DNA of 64,000 nt from an uncultured bacterium. GTDB taxonomy: Bacteria; Actinomycetota; Coriobacteriia; Coriobacteriales; Coriobacteriaceae. Below, one piece after another: positions 41,194 to 49,759 of this stretch. The position numbers and the translations under genes are program-made. Under the pieces are notes generated by a model. It did not search any database, had not been told where the DNA came from, and saw only the letters and a program-made list of their open reading frames with translations. Every line of letters starts with the position of its first letter. Position 1 is the stretch's first letter. Location: NCBI GenBank assembly GCA_905214435.1, contig CAJMMA010000005.1, positions 3,525 through 67,524 of the forward strand, read 5' to 3'.

Positions 41194-42795
41194 CTACGCC
41201 AGACGCGGGAACAGCGGATCGCCCTTCTCGACGGGCTGACCACCAGCAAGCAGGCCCCAAGCGCAAATGCCCTTGAGGTCGTCGCTCGCGGCCTCGCCCT
41301 CACAGGACAGGCGGCGCAGAGCCTCGACAGAAGTCTGAGGCATGAGCGGCATCAGCAGGTGGGCGGCGATGCGGATGGCCTCGAGCAGGTTGTAAATCAC
41401 AAATGCCAGCTCGTCAGCCTTGGCCTCGTCCTTGGCAAGCGCCCAGGGCTCGGAGTCCTCGATGTAGTGGTTGGCGGCATGGATGAGCTCCATGACCTCA
41501 TCCTTGGCTCCGCCGTAATCGAGCATGTCCATCTTGGCCATGTAGCGCTCGACCAAACCGTCGGCAATCTTTGCCAGCGGGTTATCGAACGCGTCGGCAG
41601 ACGCCGGTTTAGCCGGGGCGCAGCCGTCAAAGTACTTTGTGCTCATGTTGAGCGAGCGCGAAATGAGGTTGCCCCAGCTGTTGGCCAGATCGGCGTTGTA
41701 GACCTGCTCCATGCGATCGAAGCTGATGGCGCCGTCGGTGCCGGGGACCACGTCGGTCATAAAGTAATAGCGATAGCCCTCAACGCCCAGCATGTCGATA
41801 ACGTCCTGCGGAGCGATGGCGTTACCGCGGCTCTTGGACATCTTCTCGGCCTTGCCGGTCTCGGCATTGCGCACGGTCAGGAAGCCGTGGGCAAAGACGT
41901 GCTCGGGCAGGGCCTCGCCGATGGCCATGAGCATGGCGGGCCAAATGACGCAGTGGAAGCGGATGATGTCCTTACCCACGATGTGGAACTGCGCGGGCCA
42001 GCGATAGGCCAGCTCGGCACGCGCCTCGTCGGTGTCGACACCGTAGCCGACGGCCGTCATATAGTTGAGCAGCGCATCGAACCACACGTAGGTCACGTGA
42101 CCCTCGTCAAACGGGACCTGAATGCCCCAGTCAAAGCTCGTGCGGCTCACGGAAAGGTCGTTAAGGCCGCCCTCGACAAAGCTACGTACCTCGTTCATGC
42201 GGAACGCAGGCTCGACAAAGTCGGGGTGCTCGTCATAGAGCTTGAGAAGCTTGTCCTGGAAGGCGGAAAGCTTAAAGAAGTAGGACTCCTCCTGCACGCG
42301 CTCAAGCGGACGGTGGCAGTCGGGGCATAGATGCTGGCCGACGCTGCCGTACTCCTCGTCGCCCTTCTGGACCTGCGTATCAGTGAAGTAGGTCTCGTCA
42401 GGCACGCAATACCAACCGTCGTAGCTGCCCTTATACAGGTAACCGGACTCCTTCATGCGCTCCCACAGATACTGCACGGCATGATGCTGGCGCGGCTCGG
42501 TGGTGCGGATGAAGTCGTCGTTGGAAATCTCGAGCTTGCTCCAAAGCTCCTTGAAGTGCGGGGCCTGGCTATCGGTCCACTCCTGCGGCGTCATGCCATG
42601 CTTGGCTGCGGCCTCGGCGACCTTCTCGCCGTGCTCGTCCATGCCGGTCAGGAACTTGACGTTATAGCCGGCGGAACGGCGATAGCGAGCCTGAACGTCG
42701 GCGATGATGGTGGAATAAGCCGTGCCCAGGTGCGGATCGGCGTTGACGTAGTAGATGGGCGTCGTGATAAAGAACGAAGGCTTGCTTTGATCCAT
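41194..42795 (-). CDS. metG: Methionine--tRNA ligase
   Basis: FFITTPIYYVNADPHLGTAYSTIIADV (HIGH-type region) and KMSKSRGN (KMSKS). 533 aa. Confidence 0.95.
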   Translation of the reverse strand: MDQSKPSFFITTPIYYVNADPHLGTAYSTIIADVQARYRRSAGYNVKFLTGMDEHGEKVAEAAAKHGMTPQEWTDSQAPHFKELWSKLEISNDDFIRTTEPRQHHAVQYLWERMKESGYLYKGSYDGWYCVPDETYFTDTQVQKGDEEYGSVGQHLCPDCHRPLERVQEESYFFKLSAFQDKLLKLYDEHPDFVEPAFRMNEVRSFVEGGLNDLSVSRTSFDWGIQVPFDEGHVTYVWFDALLNYMTAVGYGVDTDEARAELAYRWPAQFHIVGKDIIRFHCVIWPAMLMAIGEALPEHVFAHGFLTVRNAETGKAEKMSKSRGNAIAPQDVIDMLGVEGYRYYFMTDVVPGTDGAISFDRMEQVYNADLANSWGNLISRSLNMSTKYFDGCAPAKPASADAFDNPLAKIADGLVERYMAKMDMLDYGGAKDEVMELIHAANHYIEDSEPWALAKDEAKADELAFVIYNLLEAIRIAAHLLMPLMPQTSVEALRRLSCEGEAASDDLKGICAWGLLAGGQPVEKGDPLFPRLA

Positions 42796-42864
42796 GGGGT
42801 TTGTCCTCCAGAAAAACGTTGCATACAGGGGATGATTCTAGCGCAAGGGCTGGATATCCTCCAT

Positions 42865-43743
42865 CTATTGCATATCGAGCACCATGGCATAGACATCGCG
42901 CTTGCGGCGCGAATACTTCTGAGACAGGCGCTTGGCCACCGCAGACGCGGGCTCCCCCTCCTCGAGCGCGGCGCGGATATCCTCGCGCAGGGCCTCGTCG
43001 GGATCCGCTACCGCGGCGCCAACCGGCGCGATACCGGCCTCCTCATCCTCGCTCGGTGGCGCGATGACCAGCGCAATCTCGCCCTTTACCTCGCCGCGAG
43101 CACGCAGCTCCTCGGCAAGCTGGTCAGCGGGCCCGCGCAAGACCTCCTCGTGCAGCTTGGTGAGTTCGCGGCAGACGGCAACCTCACGCTGGGGAAAGAC
43201 CTCCGCCACGGCCTCGAGCGTCGCCACGATGCGATGTGGAGACTCGTAGAAGATGAGTGCGCCGGGCACCACGGCAAGGCGCTGCAAACGGCGCACACGG
43301 TCACCGTGCTTTCGGCCCAAAAAGCCCTCGAAGAAAAAATGCTCGCAGGGAATGCCGGACGAAACAAGCGCCGTGACGCAAGCAGAGGGCCCGGGAATAA
43401 CTTCGACGGGCAAATCGGCCTCACGCGCCGCCTCGACCAGCGCCTGGCCGGGATCGGACACGCTCGGCATGCCGGCGTCCGAGGCAAAGGCGAGGGTCTC
43501 CCCCGCCAGCAGACGGTCGACCAGGCCGGCAGCGCGGCTAGCGATCACATTCTCGTCGCAACGGACAAGCGGCTTGGAAATGCCCAGGTGCATCAGCAGC
43601 TTTGACGTCACACGCGTGTCTTCGCAGCAGATGACATCGGCAGCGGCAAAGGCCTCGCCAACGCGCGGGGACAGGTCACCCAGGTTGCCGATGGGCGTGC
43701 CGACCACATAGAGTTTGCCCGTATGGGCGCTGTTTTGCGTCAT
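42865..43743 (-). CDS. rsmI: 16S rRNA (cytidine1402-2'-O)-methyltransferase RsmI
   Basis: GKLYVVGTPIGNLGDLSPRV N-terminus and the tetrapyrrole-methylase-fold blocks of RsmI. 292 aa. Confidence 0.9.
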   Translation of the reverse strand: MTQNSAHTGKLYVVGTPIGNLGDLSPRVGEAFAAADVICCEDTRVTSKLLMHLGISKPLVRCDENVIASRAAGLVDRLLAGETLAFASDAGMPSVSDPGQALVEAAREADLPVEVIPGPSACVTALVSSGIPCEHFFFEGFLGRKHGDRVRRLQRLAVVPGALIFYESPHRIVATLEAVAEVFPQREVAVCRELTKLHEEVLRGPADQLAEELRARGEVKGEIALVIAPPSEDEEAGIAPVGAAVADPDEALREDIRAALEEGEPASAVAKRLSQKYSRRKRDVYAMVLDMQ

Positions 43744-43749
43744 ATCAAC

Positions 43750-44811
43750 CTATTCAATCATGCCGCGCTCGAGCGTACCGAGCGCCGCGCGGGCGTCCCA
43801 TGCTGCAATGCGCTTCTCGGTCTTCCACGTTTGGAAGAACCAACCGGCAGCCGGCGCAAACGAAGCCAGCTGGTTGGCGATAAACACGCGCTCGTAGGCA
43901 TTGCGGCCCTCGGGCGTAACCGACGAGTTGGCAAAGATCGCCGCGCCCGACCATTCGCCCACCAGCACGGGGAACCCAGTCGAAATCGCTTCTTTAAGCT
44001 CGCGCTTGTTACGCGAAATCGCCGTCGTCAGCCCGCGAGGGCTCGTGATGTCGAGCGCATACTCGTCGCGGTAATGGTACAGGTGAAGGTCCATGTAGAC
44101 GTTCTTGTACTTGGCGCCGCGCATAAAATGCTTCCACTCGCTGGGATGCCCCGACGACGAGAAGACGACGATCTTATCCTCGGGCATATACGAACGGACG
44201 AGCTCGTAGGCATCGCGATAGAAATTGCGCAGGTAGTGAGCGGGAATGCCATCCGTCATGGTGAAGAGGCTCTTGCGAACGCTCATCTGCGGCGTGTCCA
44301 GCAGCTCAATGCCCAGCAGGCTCTCGGCCTCGCCATAGCGATCGGCCAAGCGCTCGAGCACGTCGAGTGCGACATGGCGGCCGTTGGTGGACGAATGCCA
44401 CTCGGCAACAGCCTCCGGCGTGGTGGGCGAATCGTTGGAATCGCCCTGGCCACCGGGCACGGTTGCCAGATCGAGCAGCACGCGGATGTCGTACTTGGCA
44501 GCCCACTCAATCGCGCGGTCGATGTAATCGACAACCGATATGTAGGAGGCATCGGACTCCTGTGAGCCAAAGGCATACCAAGGCACCGGCAGACGCACGG
44601 CATTGAGACCGATCTGCGCCATGCGACGAAAATCGTCCTCGCTCACAAACGTCTCGTAATGGCGGCGCATGCGCTCGTTATAGGCGGCGGTACCCATGGC
44701 CTCCTGTAGCTCGGCCGCGTTGGATGCACCGGTCGCCGCGTACAGCGACGGGGTCACCCAAGGCTCGGGAATAAACCAGCCAGAGAGATTAACGCCGAGT
44801 ATCCTCTCCAT
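43750..44811 (-). CDS. Glycoside hydrolase family 5-like protein (glucanase/cellulase fold)
   Basis: MERILGVNLSGWFIPEPWVTPSLY..., NAVRLPVPWYAF..., ...LVGEWSGA... (the catalytic Glu contexts of GH5). Start taken at ATG 44811 after aaGGGGGcagtg. The 74-codon upstream extension of the track ORF looks non-coding. Confidence 0.75.
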   Translation of the reverse strand: MERILGVNLSGWFIPEPWVTPSLYAATGASNAAELQEAMGTAAYNERMRRHYETFVSEDDFRRMAQIGLNAVRLPVPWYAFGSQESDASYISVVDYIDRAIEWAAKYDIRVLLDLATVPGGQGDSNDSPTTPEAVAEWHSSTNGRHVALDVLERLADRYGEAESLLGIELLDTPQMSVRKSLFTMTDGIPAHYLRNFYRDAYELVRSYMPEDKIVVFSSSGHPSEWKHFMRGAKYKNVYMDLHLYHYRDEYALDITSPRGLTTAISRNKRELKEAISTGFPVLVGEWSGAAIFANSSVTPEGRNAYERVFIANQLASFAPAAGWFFQTWKTEKRIAAWDARAALGTLERGMIE

Positions 44812-45062
44812 CACTGCCCCCTTCGGATCATGCAGGTCGAACCCGCATCGTATTGCATAGGATAAGTATCGTTTTGAGTATACCCACGTGTGCGGACAGG
44901 CGACCGAACGGTCTGTAAAGCGACGCGAAAGTGGGAGGAATGTCTGGGAGCAGACGAGCTCGGGATGGTGCGATGAGGTGTGTACGCGCGCCAGAGGCAG
45001 GCACCGGAAAGCATGTCCCGTTCTATCGCTCAATAATGGGGCGCATTTTCCGCAGAACCCTA

Positions 45063-45250
45063 CATAAAAGAAAAGGACCCCTTTGCAGAGGTCCTAGTCA
45101 ATTCAAGGTGGCGGGGAAGGGAATCGCGTCCGCGCGCTGCGCGGACGGACCGCTGCGGCGCTTACGCGCCTTGCGAGCTGCGCTGGCAAACGCTTACGCG
45201 TTTACTCAGCTCCGCGCCCTCACGGGGTTCGATTCCATGTGGGGGCTGCA
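45063..45250 (-). repeat. T-loop-junction element at tRNA-Phe (diverged core, same architecture)
   Basis: 45063-45125 is identical to 45249-45311 (terminator plus ggtggcggggaagggaatc). After gggaatc the tRNA body is replaced by a ~97-nt core with three hairpins (TCCGCGC-gct-GCGCGGA, GGCGC-ttac-GCGCC, AAACGC-ttac-GCGTTT). It ends in cacGGGGTTCGATTCCatgtgggggctgca. Confidence 0.8.
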
Positions 45251-45292
45251 TAAAAGAAAAGGACCCCTTTGCAGAGGTCCTAGTCAATTCAA

Positions 45293-45367
<75 letters not shown>

Positions 45368-45399
45368 ATTTGAGGTGTGCCTTGTTTCAAGGCTTGATT

Positions 45400-45427
45400 A
45401 GTATAACCAAGGACGCGTTCCGGTCAA
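45400..45427 (-). promoter_or_regulatory. Sigma-70-type promoter for tRNA-Phe
   Basis: Minus-strand reading: TTGACC-16 nt-TATACT, about 32 nt upstream of the mature 5' end. Confidence 0.55.
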
Positions 45428-45490
45428 CCGAGAATTTTAAAAAAGTTTTTGAGCACAGCCTCGGTTCTTTAAATCGGCACGTCAGAGGCA

Positions 45491-45778
45491 TCAGCCGGCA
45501 GCAAGAAGTTTTTCGCTCAGAGCCGCACGGGCAAACTCACTTGGCGTCATCCCCTCGGCAGCCGCCCGTCGACGAATGGCCTCCTTCATTCCCAGAGGAA
45601 TCTTGACCGACAGCGTTGCCGTCCCCTCACCCGAGAGTGGGGGCCGTCCATGCACGATCCCACCAACGGTGTGTTCGCCATCCGGAAACTCTCCGCGCTC
45701 GTACGACTCGCACCACGCGTCAATCATTTCATCCGTTACAACCTGACCATTAGCGGCCGTATACGTCTTGCCCATCAT
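45491..45778 (-). CDS. Ribbon-helix-helix (CopG-like) antitoxin-type protein
   Basis: 95 aa. The C-terminal ...GRPPLSGEGTATLSVKIPLGMKEAIRRRAAAEGMTPSEFARAALSEKL is a beta-strand plus two helices, an RHH pattern common in actinobacterial antitoxins. It overlaps the upstream small gene by 29 nt. Confidence 0.6.
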   Translation of the reverse strand: MMGKTYTAANGQVVTDEMIDAWCESYERGEFPDGEHTVGGIVHGRPPLSGEGTATLSVKIPLGMKEAIRRRAAAEGMTPSEFARAALSEKLLAAG

Positions 45779-46040
45779 CGACCCCTTTGCCGAGCCCGTT
45801 CAATCTCCTGCCAAAATTTCTTCTGGACTGGAGACAAGGCATGAATGATAAGCCCCCACGGACAAGCTCGACCGCGACAAGCTCCACGCTTCGTCCGTCT
45901 GGGAGCCATCCAATCGCAAGCCATCTCGGCGGCTCGTCCTTCGGCTCGCGACGAATGCACTCAGTAACCGCAAGCCAAGCGCTAAGCACCTGCTTTTCCG
46001 TCAGGTGCTTTTTAGCGTTGGGATGGATCTCAACATCCAT
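45750..46040 (-). CDS. Small toxin-like protein paired with the RHH antitoxin (family not named)
   Basis: ATG 46040 preceded by GGAGGAGaagatgc. The 96-aa MDVEIHPNAKKHLTEKQVLSAWLAVTECIRREP...RWLAIGWLPDGRSVELVAVEL... resembles small actinobacterial proteins found upstream of RHH antitoxins. Toxin-first gene order. Confidence 0.5.
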   Translation of the reverse strand: MDVEIHPNAKKHLTEKQVLSAWLAVTECIRREPKDEPPRWLAIGWLPDGRSVELVAVELVRGGLSFMPCLQSRRNFGRRLNGLGKGVDDGQDVYGR

Positions 46041-46098
46041 GCATCTTCTCCTCCATCTTACCCAATTTCGTATGACGAAAGTCCGCTGTCGCCAATTC

Positions 46099-46563
46099 TT
46101 AAGCCGGCACGCGTTGGAGAGCAGGGGTCGAAACAATGATTGAAGGACGCTCTAGTACGGCCCAGGCGCCGGGGCAGGAGCACATACGCCAGGGACGTAC
46201 GTTTTCGTAGCATACGAGGACATAGCCACGTGCATCGATAAAGGCGATATCGATGGGATAGGCCATAAAACACGTATGGACCGAAGAGCAGCGTGGAAAT
46301 GCCATGACGAGCGGCAGACCGTTGGCGGCAACCGGACACCGTCCCAGCATGCCGCGCAGGCGCACGGCAAACGACTCCGCCACCGCAAACTCGGCCGGCG
46401 TCCAGCCCAGCCTATTGAGTGCCCGCGCGTAGGCGATGTAGGACGAGACCGCGGTCACATGACCACCCCCGGACGCCATGGATCGACCGTCACCGCGCGC
46501 TCGTGCGACAACGTTGTCGGCGCCCCCAGCGGAACGCCAGCGATGCTGAGAGAAGTCGGCCAC
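46099..46563 (-). CDS. DUF192-like protein at the distal end of the tad locus
   Basis: ...AESFAVRLRGMLGR..., ...SSVHTCFMAYPIDIAFIDARGYVL..., ...RPWR...AWAVLE fits the DUF192 pattern (RxxGLMGR, HTxxM..P(I/L)D..F.D..G.V). The start is uncertain (46563 or ATG 46479). Either start overlaps the upstream tadE-like gene. Confidence 0.6.
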   Translation of the reverse strand: MADFSQHRWRSAGGADNVVARARGDGRSMASGGGHVTAVSSYIAYARALNRLGWTPAEFAVAESFAVRLRGMLGRCPVAANGLPLVMAFPRCSSVHTCFMAYPIDIAFIDARGYVLVCYENVRPWRMCSCPGAWAVLERPSIIVSTPALQRVPA

Positions 46564-46931
46564 GGCTCATAGTGCATGGTGCAGGTGTAGGTCCTAAACG
46601 TACCGGATAGGGAGAGCAGGCCACCATCCGATGCCTCCGCGCCTTGCTCGCTCGACACTTCGATCTGCAAGTCATAGCCTTCCATGGCATTCAGAATTTG
46701 AGTCCGGACCGTCGCCGAGGCATCGACAGAGCTTTCGTCGCCCTCCCCGCTCGGCGCCACGGCGTGCGCCAACACGATGTCGGGCACCACGCGGTCGAAG
46801 CGCGCGACAGCGCTGGCATAGATCATGACGTTGTATACGATGAGTGCCAGCACCAGCAAAACGGGCGTAACCACTGCTATCTCCACCGTCGCTTGGGCGC
46901 GCTCCTCGCGCAGACGCATGCGGATACTCAT
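46455..46931 (-). CDS. TadE-like pseudopilin/pilus assembly protein
   Basis: Start ATG 46931 shares one base with the TAA of the upstream gene. N-terminus MSIRMRLREERAQATVEIAVVTPVLLVLALIVYN is the TadE/Flp-type hydrophobic N-terminal motif. Confidence 0.75.
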   Translation of the reverse strand: MSIRMRLREERAQATVEIAVVTPVLLVLALIVYNVMIYASAVARFDRVVPDIVLAHAVAPSGEGDESSVDASATVRTQILNAMEGYDLQIEVSSEQGAEASDGGLLSLSGTFRTYTCTMHYEPWPTSLSIAGVPLGAPTTLSHERAVTVDPWRPGVVM

Positions 46932-49096
46932 TACGACCCACCGCCCAGAGCGCCAACCAGCGTGGCGACATCGACGGTGAGCGGGATGGAGCCGCCGCCG
47001 GGCAGAGGAATCTCCGCAAGCGTGAACACCGTACCGCTGATGGTGCGTTCGACTTGATATTCCAACGCCTCGCAAAGCGCCTTGGGATCGGTCACGCCCA
47101 ACGGAATACTTCGCAGTTTGTCTTGCGCTTGAGAGAGACCAGCAATGTCAGACCCCGGGCTCTTAATGACGTTGGCGGAATCAGTCAGCACCGGCTTTCG
47201 CAGGCGCAAGTCGCACGGTTCCAAACCCAGCGCCGCCACGGACGCCGAAACGGTATCGCCGAGCCACGATGCGATGGAGCCCAACGCGCCGCTGCCCCCT
47301 CCTAGGCCTTTAATCATCTCGTCCATAAGTTCGTCGGCCGAACCTTGGATGTCTCCGTATCCCACAAGCAGCCGTCCCCAGACATCCATGACGCCATCGA
47401 GTACGCCGGCAACGCCACCCGAGCGCTCCTTCAATGTCGAGAAAAATCGCGAAAGCACGTTGTTTTGCGCCGTCGCCTCATCGGGCGCCAGCACCGCGGC
47501 AGAGATGGCACCGCGATCGCCAAGCCTGACTGCCGTGTTAAACGAAGAGTTGAGCTCATCGGGGCTCGAGATGGCACCCGAAACCGCAAAGGCAACCACG
47601 CCGTTGCGACCGGGCGGAGCGATACGCGGACGCTCGCCCGAAAGCGCTTTAATGGCCTGGTCAAACGCATTGCTCGCACGGTCGGCCTCATCCTCGGTCT
47701 GACGCATGAGCTCAAGCTCTTTGTTCCGACATGTGACGTATTCCTCCAAGGCCTTTTTGAACTCGTCGAAGTGATATTCGAAGCCGTTTTCGATAGAGGT
47801 TGAAGGCGCCGCAACAGCACCAAGCGACAAAACGCCAAAATGGCATTTGCTGCATTTATCCTGTCCATCGTAATCGGCAACCGAAGCAAATCCGCTCGGC
47901 GTCCCTTTCTTATAGTTAGGGCAGGTCGTCCCGTAATGCAGATACGCCTTGTCATCGTTCACGCTCGTCGGCCACACCGCATCGGTATAGAGTTCCGTCG
48001 CCCGAACCTCATCAGAGTTGCGCGGCAGCAGCGGAATATAGGAGGAAACCCTGTCTCCGTTCTCGGTTATATGCGCCCGATCGACCTCCGCGCTCGCATA
48101 GGTATAAAACGCCTTACGCGCCGCAGACTCTGCCTTCATCTCGACACTCGAGCCGTGGGGCTTCTCATTTGTCAGACGCCAATGGTAGTAGTCCTTCGCG
48201 CGATCAAGGGCAACTTGGGGCTCCCACGTAACGCTCGATGAGTAATGCGGATTTTGAACACCGGAGAGATCCGTTAGGCTTTTCGCACGCTCCCACATGC
48301 AAGAACAGCTGCCGACCGAGCCCTTGTCAGACCCACCACAATCCGCCAGCCAAGCACGCTCTTTAGCCTTCGCCGTGTCCTCAGAAGCCTTCCGCAGCTC
48401 CTCGGCCGCACACTCTAAATCATCTGATGTGTCTTTAATGGCATCGGTCGAGATCTCGGACCCCTCGAGCGCAGCGAAGTCAGACTCGGATGTCCTGGGC
48501 ACGGCAAGCGCCGTACCGGTATAGGTCACACTATCGGTATCCTGCGCCGACACCGCCTGCGTGGCACGCGCGGCGATCAGATACGGCAGAGCCGTCTCGA
48601 TTTTCTGTAAGCCTTCCGATGCGCTTTTGGCAAACTTGTTGCGCGTTTTAATGATCTCAATCCCGGTGTCGACCATATTGCCGGCAACCGGCTCGGCACC
48701 CGGGATGAGGATGGCGACCAGGCCCGTCCCGATCGTGGCAAACCCCGCCAGCCCCAGACTCAAGATGCTCGCATCAACCACCGTGGCAGCCGTGTGATAG
48801 GACGACACTACGTTGGCACCCGCCAGCGCGCCACTATCAGCCGCCACCTGAGTATCCCCGGCACGCGACATGCTCCATATCGCCGCGGTCGACGAAAACA
48901 ACAATGTGAGCACCACTAGGATGACCACGGCAGAAGAAAGCGTGGTATAGGCGCCGTCTTCGATAAACAGATCGACACCGGCTCGACCCATAAAGCCGCC
49001 TCGTTTGCGGAGAGCGCCTGGTCGACGGCGGGCCGCAAACCCTTGCGTCACCCGCAACAGGCAGCGCCTAATCCCATGCAGCAATCCACGGATCAT
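46931..49096 (-). CDS. Large TadG-like (Tad_N domain) pilus-associated protein
   Basis: N-terminal ...DGAYTTLSSAVVILVVLTLLFSSTAAIWSMSRAGDTQVAADSGALAGANVV matches the TadE/G-like N-terminal signature (TM helix then QxAADxAALAGA). About 720 aa with a Cys-containing central part. The start is ambiguous (ATG 49096 or ATG 48991, both with SD-like sequences). Confidence 0.7.
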   Translation of the reverse strand: MIRGLLHGIRRCLLRVTQGFAARRRPGALRKRGGFMGRAGVDLFIEDGAYTTLSSAVVILVVLTLLFSSTAAIWSMSRAGDTQVAADSGALAGANVVSSYHTAATVVDASILSLGLAGFATIGTGLVAILIPGAEPVAGNMVDTGIEIIKTRNKFAKSASEGLQKIETALPYLIAARATQAVSAQDTDSVTYTGTALAVPRTSESDFAALEGSEISTDAIKDTSDDLECAAEELRKASEDTAKAKERAWLADCGGSDKGSVGSCSCMWERAKSLTDLSGVQNPHYSSSVTWEPQVALDRAKDYYHWRLTNEKPHGSSVEMKAESAARKAFYTYASAEVDRAHITENGDRVSSYIPLLPRNSDEVRATELYTDAVWPTSVNDDKAYLHYGTTCPNYKKGTPSGFASVADYDGQDKCSKCHFGVLSLGAVAAPSTSIENGFEYHFDEFKKALEEYVTCRNKELELMRQTEDEADRASNAFDQAIKALSGERPRIAPPGRNGVVAFAVSGAISSPDELNSSFNTAVRLGDRGAISAAVLAPDEATAQNNVLSRFFSTLKERSGGVAGVLDGVMDVWGRLLVGYGDIQGSADELMDEMIKGLGGGSGALGSIASWLGDTVSASVAALGLEPCDLRLRKPVLTDSANVIKSPGSDIAGLSQAQDKLRSIPLGVTDPKALCEALEYQVERTISGTVFTLAEIPLPGGGSIPLTVDVATLVGALGGGS

Positions 49097-49604
49097 AATC
49101 TCCCTCCAGCCATTCGGGACGCGATTGATACGAGACATCGACCTTGAGCTCAACGTAGCCGCCCTCGGCGGTACCACCCATAGCCTGCGCAAACGCACCG
49201 ATCACAGGCAACGGCTTGACCTCGCCGGAAACGGACACGGACGAGACGCCACCCGTACCGGCCCGGCCAAGCTCGATATCCCACGACAACGGCCCGCCGG
49301 CATGAAAGATCGAAACGTTGGGCACTGCGGCAAGTCGGCGGCGGGTGAACTCCTTAAGATCGTCGTCCTCCGCCGTCGTCGTGGTCATGAGCCGCGCGGT
49401 CTCGGCGGCGGCAGACTCCATGACCGCGCGCGTATAGAGCAGGCACACCGGTTGCAGCGCGAGAAGGATGAGTGTCAGAAACGTCGGCAGCAAAAAAGCG
49501 GCCTCGACCGTAGACTGCGCCCGGTCCTCGCGCGCGGCATCAATACAACGCGATGTCCTTAGCGGCCGCAGCGGCGTCGATAACCGACGTCGAGGCAACG
49601 CCAT
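49068..49604 (-). CDS. TadE-like protein
   Basis: ...REDRAQSTVEAAFLLPTFLTLILLALQPVCLLYTRAVMESAAAE... is a TadE N-terminal motif. The nearest in-frame ATG (49604, MALPRRRLSTPLRPL...) overlaps the preceding pilin gene by 65 nt. No ATG/GTG/TTG lies closer to the motif, so the start is uncertain. Confidence 0.65.
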   Translation of the reverse strand: MALPRRRLSTPLRPLRTSRCIDAAREDRAQSTVEAAFLLPTFLTLILLALQPVCLLYTRAVMESAAAETARLMTTTTAEDDDLKEFTRRRLAAVPNVSIFHAGGPLSWDIELGRAGTGGVSSVSVSGEVKPLPVIGAFAQAMGGTAEGGYVELKVDVSYQSRPEWLEGDYDPWIAAWD

Positions 49605-49758
49605 GGGATGCCGCCCGCTCAACCAGCGCCGCCAAGCGCCCATCGGTGCCGGCACGCCAAAGTCCCGCGATCGCCAGCACGATCGATAACAGCGCCACCG
49701 TGACGATGGCGTATTCGACCGTCGCCTGGGCAGATTCCTCACGCAGGACATCATGCAT
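49540..49758 (-). CDS. Second Flp-type prepilin-like protein (72 aa)
   Basis: MHDVLREESAQATVEYAIVTVALLSIVLAIAGLW...: charged leader, then a TVEY plus hydrophobic helix as in Flp pilins. The residue before the motif is Ala rather than Gly. Confidence 0.6.
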   Translation of the reverse strand: MHDVLREESAQATVEYAIVTVALLSIVLAIAGLWRAGTDGRLAALVERAASHGVASTSVIDAAAAAKDIALY

Positions 49759-49759
49759 T

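Noticed and set aside
44812-45033. 74-codon N-terminal extension of the GH5 ORF
   Set aside because: The sequence (MSDRTGHAFRCLPLARVHTSSHHPELVCSQ...) is not protein-like, whereas ATG 44811 has an SD and begins the conserved MERILGVNLSGW block.
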